The position numbers and the translations under genes were made by a program. The notes below the pieces were generated by a model, which did not search any database, was not told the DNA's origin, and worked only from the letters and a program-made list of their open reading frames with translations. Shown in pieces: positions 26,400-32,106 of a DNA stretch of 32,106 nt (position 1 is the stretch's first letter; each line of letters starts with the position of its first letter). Source of the stretch: Holosporales bacterium (GTDB lineage: Bacteria; Pseudomonadota; Alphaproteobacteria; Paracaedibacterales; UBA11393); the NCBI GenBank assembly GCA_003542655.1, contig DPKF01000096.1:1-32106 (forward strand), read 5' to 3'.

Positions 26400-26600
26400 A
26401 CGGCTGCTGCCCTCTATGCCTTAATCGAAACAGCAAAATTGAATGACGTCAATCCAGAAGGCTATTTAAAATTCCTTTTAGAACATTTTATAGACCCTGA
26501 TGCCGATAAAAAAAATTTGGAAAAGCTGATGCCCTGGAATGCAAAAATACCAGATGATTACCCAAAACCAAGCCTTACACTTTTAAAAAATCCTACTTAA
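26400..26600 (+). pseudogene. tnpC: IS66-family transposase TnpC, C-terminal fragment only
   Basis: Not in the ORF track; translated by hand as TAAALYALIETAKLNDVNPEGYLKFLLEHFIDPDADKKNLEKLMPWNAKIPDDYPKPSLTLLKNPT*. This matches the IS66 C-terminal signature (AAxYSLIxTAKLNxxxPxxYL...LLPW). No start codon; in-frame stop upstream at 26370-26372. Confidence 0.9.
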
Positions 26601-26698
26601 CTAAAAAAATAAAATTATTTTTTATGGTCAGTTCAAAGTGTAGTTTCTAGGATCTGCGCGTCTTTCAAGAGATAAGGTGTACTTGTTTGGACGCTTAC
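26400..26698 (+). mobile_element. IS66-family remnant (right end) with terminal inverted repeat
   Basis: tnpC 3' fragment followed by ...GTACTTGTTTGGACGCTTAC ending at 26698. Its reverse complement GTAAGCGTCC is the typical IS66 terminus. No matching left end or 8-bp target duplication seen. Confidence 0.85.
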
Positions 26699-26754
26699 CA
26701 TGCATTAAAGTACCGAATCAATAAGTTTTTTGAATCCAGAATTGGGGTGGAAAT

Positions 26755-27726
26755 TTAAAATGACATATAGGGTAGGGGGTCGATATTAACGCCATCTTTA
26801 TAGAGTTCAAAAACAACTTCTGAATCTTTCACAACCCAGGCAAGGGGTAGGCCTGGTTTAATAAGATCGCCAACTTTGCAATACGTATTATCTAAACCCC
26901 AAAATACGATTTGAAATGGATTATATTGTAGAATGAGTGCGTTGCGCCCAGATATTGTGCCAGAGTAAACAACAATAGCATCCATAGGTGTTTTGCAAAA
27001 ACTATCTTCTGCTGCTAGACTTTTTCCTTGTGTTAAGTTTGCACCTGTAAGCACCATGTTTAACGGACTGTTTAATGGGCGCATAAGATTTAAATTAACC
27101 TCTTCTCCGTCTGTTAATTTAAGCGTTAATAATGCACGTAAAATTTCACTTAATTCTGATGCTTTAGACTGTTTTATAGCGTTTTCCACTGCTTTAATGA
27201 AAACAAGGTCTTCGGAAAACAAAGATTGAATTTTTTCTATTAAAGCATTGCGTGTTAGTTTTCTAGTTTCGATTTCTTGTATTTTTTTGATTGATTCAGT
27301 ATGTTTTTTGTGCAATATTAGATATTTTTGAAAAAAGGAGAGTAGATTTTTTTTCTGGGTTGTCATTGTCTTATTAAGATGCCCTACAACAGAAAGCGTT
27401 TGCCATAAATTTTGGGGAGCAGAGGGGGCTGCTAAAATTGCAGCACCTTTAGTATACTCACTAAACTGGTATAGCTTGCCAATTAAATCTGTGAGTTGTT
27501 TTTGATGATGTTTAATGTGCTGTTTATAGGTTTTTAATTGTTCTGTGACATTTTTTAGATTAACTAATTCGACTTCTTTAAGGTTGTTATCTTTTTCAAA
27601 TTTTTGAACGAGGGCAATAACTTGATCTTGTGATAATTTTTTATTTTTCCCTGCCGTTACATATAGTGTGGACGTTAGAAAGAAAAAGAATATAAAGATT
27701 TGTTTGAACATGAAATATATTATCAT
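26755..27726 (-). CDS. EnvC-like murein hydrolase activator (coiled coil plus degenerate M23/LytM domain)
   Basis: Signal-like N-terminus and long coiled coil. C-terminal VVFELYKDGVNIDPLPYM and CKVGDLIKPG resemble M23 motifs but lack the metal-binding His residues. Directly follows gpmI (4-bp overlap), the usual gpmI-envC arrangement. Start may be the second Met. Confidence 0.7.
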   Translation of the reverse strand: MIIYFMFKQIFIFFFFLTSTLYVTAGKNKKLSQDQVIALVQKFEKDNNLKEVELVNLKNVTEQLKTYKQHIKHHQKQLTDLIGKLYQFSEYTKGAAILAAPSAPQNLWQTLSVVGHLNKTMTTQKKNLLSFFQKYLILHKKHTESIKKIQEIETRKLTRNALIEKIQSLFSEDLVFIKAVENAIKQSKASELSEILRALLTLKLTDGEEVNLNLMRPLNSPLNMVLTGANLTQGKSLAAEDSFCKTPMDAIVVYSGTISGRNALILQYNPFQIVFWGLDNTYCKVGDLIKPGLPLAWVVKDSEVVFELYKDGVNIDPLPYMSF

Positions 27727-29249
27727 ATAATTAAAGATTTTCCTGTCATTTCGTCAGGTTGGCAAATATTCATTAATGTTAAAATTGTTGGCGCTATATC
27801 ACAAAGAGCACCGTTATTTCTTAAAGTATAAACCTGTTTGTCTATCATAATAAAGGGCACTTTATTATTTGTGTGCGCCGTGTGCGGCTGGTTATTTTTT
27901 TGATCAATTAATTGTTCTGCGTTGCCATGATCTGCAGATATTAGCATTATCCAATCATTTTTTATACATTTTTCTGCAAGTTGATGAATGTATGTATCAA
28001 GTGTGGATATGGCTTTTAATATAGCTTCTTTTTTTCCAGTGTGACCAACCATATCTGCATTGGCAAAATTTAAAACAATAAAATCTTGTGTCTGATTTTC
28101 TATTGCATCTGCCACATATTCATAAACAGCTTTGGCTGACATTTCCGGTTGTAAGTCATATGTTGCAACTTTTGGAGAGGGGATCAGTTTATGTTCTTCA
28201 AGTGGCGCTAGTGTCTCCGTTCCTCCATTAAAAAAATAGGTTACATGTGGATATTTTTCTGTTTCTGCTATGCGCAGTTGTCGTAAATTATTTTTGCTGA
28301 TGATTTGTCCCAGTGACTGGTCGCTATTGTTAGGGATTAATAACGACTTAAGGTGTGAATTCTGTATAAGATTTTCTGAATAGGCATTCATACCCAGTAC
28401 ATGTGAAAACTTTAGGTGACGCCTACGGTTGAAATTATTAAAATCTGGCAGGAGTAGCGCATTTAACATTTGTCTTACACGGTCAGATCGAAAGTTGGTT
28501 ATCCATAATGCATCTTCATCATGCATGCCTGTATAGTTTATGTTACATGCCGGTATGATGAATTCATCAAATATTCCATCATTGTAGGATGCTTGAATAT
28601 AGTCTAGGGGATTCTCAAAAGTTGGTGCAGATGCATCTGTTGCTGCTTGATAAAATCGCTCAATACGCTCCCACCTGTTGTCGCGGTCCATGCCATAATA
28701 TCTTCCAGATAGTGTTGCTAGCATAAAATGATGCGAATCTTTAAAACGATTGAGGAGTTTTTGAAGATATATTTGTGCTGATTGGGGTGGGGTATCTCTG
28801 CCATCTAAAAGGGCATGAAAGGCCACTTTTACTTTTTTAACGTTTATTAGGTAGTGAATAATTTCTTCTATGTGATCCTGGTGTGCGTGTATCCCGCCAG
28901 GAGAAAGAAGCCCCACCACATGACATGTTGCATGTGTCGTTTGAAGGTGGTCAGTACAGGATTTAATATCTTCGTTCTTAAATAATTCACCTGATTGAAT
29001 GAGGTCTGAAATTTTGATAAGGTCTTGTTTTATAATGCGTCCAAGTCCAATAGTGGCATGTCCAACTTCGGAATTGCCCATTTGTCCTTGCGGTAATCCA
29101 ACCGCTGTGCCCGATGCATTTAACGTGGTAGAAGAATATTTTTTTGCAAGTTCTTTAAAATATATTCCTGCTTCGCTTATTGGGTTGTCGTTCGTTTCTG
29201 GAGAAATTCCCCAGCCATCTAATATGCATAAAAGAACAGGTTTTAACAT
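27723..29249 (-). CDS. gpmI: 2,3-bisphosphoglycerate-independent phosphoglycerate mutase
   Basis: Motifs LDGWG, GQMGNSEVGH, DGRDTPP, GRYYGMDRDNRW, AETEKYPHVTYFFNGG, NADMVGHTG and ADHGNAE; 508 aa. Confidence 0.98.
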   Translation of the reverse strand: MLKPVLLCILDGWGISPETNDNPISEAGIYFKELAKKYSSTTLNASGTAVGLPQGQMGNSEVGHATIGLGRIIKQDLIKISDLIQSGELFKNEDIKSCTDHLQTTHATCHVVGLLSPGGIHAHQDHIEEIIHYLINVKKVKVAFHALLDGRDTPPQSAQIYLQKLLNRFKDSHHFMLATLSGRYYGMDRDNRWERIERFYQAATDASAPTFENPLDYIQASYNDGIFDEFIIPACNINYTGMHDEDALWITNFRSDRVRQMLNALLLPDFNNFNRRRHLKFSHVLGMNAYSENLIQNSHLKSLLIPNNSDQSLGQIISKNNLRQLRIAETEKYPHVTYFFNGGTETLAPLEEHKLIPSPKVATYDLQPEMSAKAVYEYVADAIENQTQDFIVLNFANADMVGHTGKKEAILKAISTLDTYIHQLAEKCIKNDWIMLISADHGNAEQLIDQKNNQPHTAHTNNKVPFIMIDKQVYTLRNNGALCDIAPTILTLMNICQPDEMTGKSLII

Positions 29250-29251
29250 TT

Positions 29252-29800
29252 TTAGGATATTTTCGTAAAGGTTGGTCTTCCCTTAAAGGTAACTTCACCA
29301 TTAATATCATTCATTTTAAAACCAACAGCTTTAATGTGCGTATCACCTTTGATACAGTCAACAGGATCATTTCCTTCTGCGTAGCCTTTGCCCAGATATA
29401 CCTTGGCACTATTTGTTTTTAAAGTTAAGTTATCATTTGTTTTTAACTGTACATTTCCAGTTAAGGTTGCAATTTTTTCTGATTTTTTAAAAATAATGTG
29501 GTCAGCATATAGAGTGATCGTTTTTTTATTGACCAACGTCATGAATAATGTTGTTTCTTTTAACACATATTCATTTTCAGATATAATTTTTAAATTTTTG
29601 GCGGAAACGCTGTAGGTAACACCTTTATTATCTGTTCCTTGGTAGTTAATATTCTGTGCGCCATTTTGGATCAGATCTAAAGCGGATGTCACCGTCGTTT
29701 TTTCTAATTTTTGTTGAACTGTTGGCCAAAATATAACAAAAAGAGCAACAAAGACAGAACCTAATAGTAATAAATTGCGAATGGAATGTTTTTTTTGCAC
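29252..29800 (-). CDS. lptC: LPS export ABC transporter periplasmic protein LptC
   Basis: Single N-terminal TM ending in IFWP, then YQGTDNKGVTYSVSA ... LTGNVQL ... LKTNSAKV ... IKAVGF, the pattern of alphaproteobacterial LptC beta-jellyroll proteins; 182 aa, GTG start. Confidence 0.78.
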   Translation of the reverse strand: MQKKHSIRNLLLLGSVFVALFVIFWPTVQQKLEKTTVTSALDLIQNGAQNINYQGTDNKGVTYSVSAKNLKIISENEYVLKETTLFMTLVNKKTITLYADHIIFKKSEKIATLTGNVQLKTNDNLTLKTNSAKVYLGKGYAEGNDPVDCIKGDTHIKAVGFKMNDINGEVTFKGRPTFTKIS

Positions 29801-29812
29801 GTGAATTAAACC

Positions 29813-29995
29813 TTATTTACTGTTTTCGTTTATTTGCGTATTGATAATTTTGCCTATACCAGGCAATATGCTTTTTTTCTGCTGTGGTAAAGACCTGCCA
29901 CCAATTCTTAAAAATCCAACACCAAATAAAATAGCCAGAACACACGTGATGATAATCAAAATAACAATATTTTGTTGCCTTTTATTTTTGTCCAC
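29813..29995 (-). CDS. Small single-pass membrane protein
   Basis: 60 aa with a basic N-terminus and one hydrophobic helix; fills the gap between neighbours (9- and 12-bp spacing) on the same strand. Confidence 0.7.
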   Translation of the reverse strand: MDKNKRQQNIVILIIITCVLAILFGVGFLRIGGRSLPQQKKSILPGIGKIINTQINENSK

Positions 29996-30004
29996 TCTGT
30001 TACC

Positions 30005-31276
30005 CTATTCGTAAGAGGTCAATATTCCATCATTAGACAGCAAAAAGTATGTGCCATTAACAACTATAGGAGCATACATTATTTTTTGATCTGTGTTAAA
30101 TGTTTTTAATAGTTTGCCATCTTGCACAGCGATATATAATAGCTCGCCTTGTAATGTTGTAATAAGAAGTTTTCCATCTACCAGTAATGGAGAAGAAAAA
30201 CACAGTTTTTTATCCTTATCGGTTGTTTGGTATGCTTGCAGGTTTACTGCATATCTGATTTTACCCGTTTTTTTGTCCATGCAGATAAGCTCATCAAGAT
30301 CGCTTACAATAAATAAAAAGTCTCCAATCACTATTGGATTGTGAATACTTCCTACATTTTGTTGCCAGTTTCTATTGCCTGTTTTCATATCAGTTGCAAC
30401 CATTTTCCCGCCATGACTTATCACGTAAGCGGTATCATTATCGATAATGGGGTTTGCCACAATATGGGTAATGCTTGAGACTGTATCAGAACGTAAAGCA
30501 GCCGTTAGCGTGTCAGACCATAAAATATCACCGGTTTTTGTGTTAAGCGCATAATATTCTCCTGAAGAGTATGCAACTAAAACTGTTGATCCACTGATAA
30601 CAGGTTCAGCGCCGCCTAGAATAGCAGATAATTCGTTAATGCCTTGGTGTTTCCATAGTATTTTTCCTGTATGTATATCAACGGCGATCAATTCATTAGA
30701 TATTGTTAATATATATGCTGTTCCGGCGTGTATTGTAGCACCAATACGGATAGGTGATTCTACGTTGATTTGCCATAACTGTGTGCCATCTTTCGTATTT
30801 AACGCTGTTATATCTCCAGAAGAAGCAGTTGCAATGAGCGTATCATTTTCTATTGCTAAACCACCAGCTAGGGTGTTGTCATCATGTTTTGTTGGTCGCG
30901 TAGACCATGCATCTTTTCCATCAGTTTGGTTAATAGCAGAAATATTGCCAGTTGTATCCATTGTAAAAATGTGGGTTTTGTTTGCAACCATATTTGGCAT
31001 TAAGCTTAAACCTGAAGATACGCCTTTACCAATGCATTTTTCCCAACGTAATGTTGAGATTTCTTGCGCCTTTAAATTTAAGTTTTTATTTGCAGTGGGC
31101 CAGCTGCTATTTTTCAGCGCGGCAGGTAGAGTGATGCTCTTTTTATTGAGTAATGGATCTGTTTTGAAAGTGCCTGAGACAATAAAATCTTCTCTGGTTC
31201 CTTTTAGTGGATCTTTTTGTGTTGAACATGAAGCTAACAAACAAATGGCAGAGGCCGTTAGTAAATAGAAATTCAT
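30005..31276 (-). CDS. bamB: PQQ-like beta-propeller lipoprotein, BamB-like
   Basis: Lipobox LLAS|C. Repeated ALxxxxGxxxW propeller motifs (ALNTKDGTQLW, AVDIHTGKILW, ALNTKTGDILW). Follows a YfgM-like gene, as in the yfgM-bamB arrangement. Confidence 0.8.
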   Translation of the reverse strand: MNFYLLTASAICLLASCSTQKDPLKGTREDFIVSGTFKTDPLLNKKSITLPAALKNSSWPTANKNLNLKAQEISTLRWEKCIGKGVSSGLSLMPNMVANKTHIFTMDTTGNISAINQTDGKDAWSTRPTKHDDNTLAGGLAIENDTLIATASSGDITALNTKDGTQLWQINVESPIRIGATIHAGTAYILTISNELIAVDIHTGKILWKHQGINELSAILGGAEPVISGSTVLVAYSSGEYYALNTKTGDILWSDTLTAALRSDTVSSITHIVANPIIDNDTAYVISHGGKMVATDMKTGNRNWQQNVGSIHNPIVIGDFLFIVSDLDELICMDKKTGKIRYAVNLQAYQTTDKDKKLCFSSPLLVDGKLLITTLQGELLYIAVQDGKLLKTFNTDQKIMYAPIVVNGTYFLLSNDGILTSYE

Positions 31277-31289
31277 TATATAAAACCTA

Positions 31290-31988
31290 TTATTTTTTTA
31301 AAATGTTGAGTTTTGATGCCAGAACTTGTGTCATAAGTTGTGCGCGTAGTTTAAGGGCATTTGGTGTATCTTTATCTTGTGCCAAACTTAAGAAGGTCTC
31401 TACTGATTCAGAGTATGCCGCAATTTTATATAAAATAACACCTTTTAGCTCTAATGCTAAATAGTACCAAGCACCTTTTTCTTTAATGAGGGTGTCTAAT
31501 CTTAAACGAATGGCATCCAACATTTTATCAGTTCCTTTTAAGGTGTTAATTTCATGTCCAAAACGCAAAATTTCAGCAAGTTCCCGATAGTTCTTTTCAA
31601 TGCTCGTATCATTTTCAATTTTTTTAAGAATCAGCATGGCTTCTTCTGTAGCATCAGCTGTTTCTTGCTTGAATAGTGTTCCTGCTTGGCTGAATAGGCT
31701 AAGCGTTTTATAGAACCCTGCACCACTATTAGATAAATCGTTAAAAATCGTGAGGGCATCTTTTAGGTTGTTTGATGCAATAAAGTTTTGCGCTGCAATA
31801 AATTTATCAGAGGTTTCTAATATTAATTTGTTCTGATGGTTTTTATATAAAGTGTGTGCAACTGCTGCACCTAAAACAAGCGTGCAAGCAAAAACGGCTT
31901 GTTTTCCATATCGCTTCCAGTATTTCTCTATTTTAGCTTGACGCATATCCTCTTGGACGTCATTCAGAAATTCATCAAATTTTTGCAT
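31290..31988 (-). CDS. Membrane-anchored TPR-like protein, DUF2659/YfgM-like
   Basis: N-terminal FDEFLNDVQEDMRQAKIEKYWKRYG followed by a TM helix and TPR-like helices, typical of alphaproteobacterial members of this family. Confidence 0.85.
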   Translation of the reverse strand: MQKFDEFLNDVQEDMRQAKIEKYWKRYGKQAVFACTLVLGAAVAHTLYKNHQNKLILETSDKFIAAQNFIASNNLKDALTIFNDLSNSGAGFYKTLSLFSQAGTLFKQETADATEEAMLILKKIENDTSIEKNYRELAEILRFGHEINTLKGTDKMLDAIRLRLDTLIKEKGAWYYLALELKGVILYKIAAYSESVETFLSLAQDKDTPNALKLRAQLMTQVLASKLNILKK

Positions 31989-32018
31989 TTTACAGTGTCA
32001 TTTTTACGATATTGTTCA

Positions 32019-32027
32019 AGTATAGCA
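32019..32027 (-). promoter_or_regulatory. Extended -10 promoter element (TGCTATACT) for the minus-strand operon
   Basis: Reverse complement of AGTATAGCA gives TGn-TATACT, 30 nt upstream of the ATG at 31988; no good -35. Confidence 0.5.
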
Positions 32028-32106
32028 AAAACTCAATTTTATATGTAGGGGCTTTTATAATAAAAAATTTTCAGTAACCCCAATTCGGGATTATTTTTCA
32101 ATGTTA

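Noticed and set aside
26993-31464. Plus-strand ORFs opposite the housekeeping operon (e.g. 30639-31268)
   Set aside because: Antisense to well-supported genes.

Overview
AT-rich (roughly 35% GC by eye) alphaproteobacterial DNA; composition and gene style suggest a Holosporales/Rickettsiales-like host-associated lineage (inference). The first 26 kb is a tightly packed plus-strand cluster of five large genes (744, 1716, 1580, 1544 and 3031 aa), all with Sec-type signal sequences. Only the second has a C-terminal autotransporter beta-barrel. The last three look like barrel-less passengers. They are built from a degenerate ~130-145 aa repeat module also present in gene 2, lie in the same reading frame, and the repeat register appears to continue across their gene boundaries. 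Gene 3 has a Gly-rich head paralogous to that of gene 2, with a ~312 aa Lys/Ala-rich helical insertion plus a hydrophobic insertion. The cluster ends at IS debris (IS66 tnpC 3' end plus its terminal IR). A convergent minus-strand envelope/housekeeping operon follows: DUF2659/YfgM-like, BamB-like PQQ lipoprotein, small membrane protein, lptC, gpmI, EnvC-like. The best candidate for an undescribed system is a multi-subunit 'split passenger' type V-like surface fibre. All calls are by eye; no searches were run.
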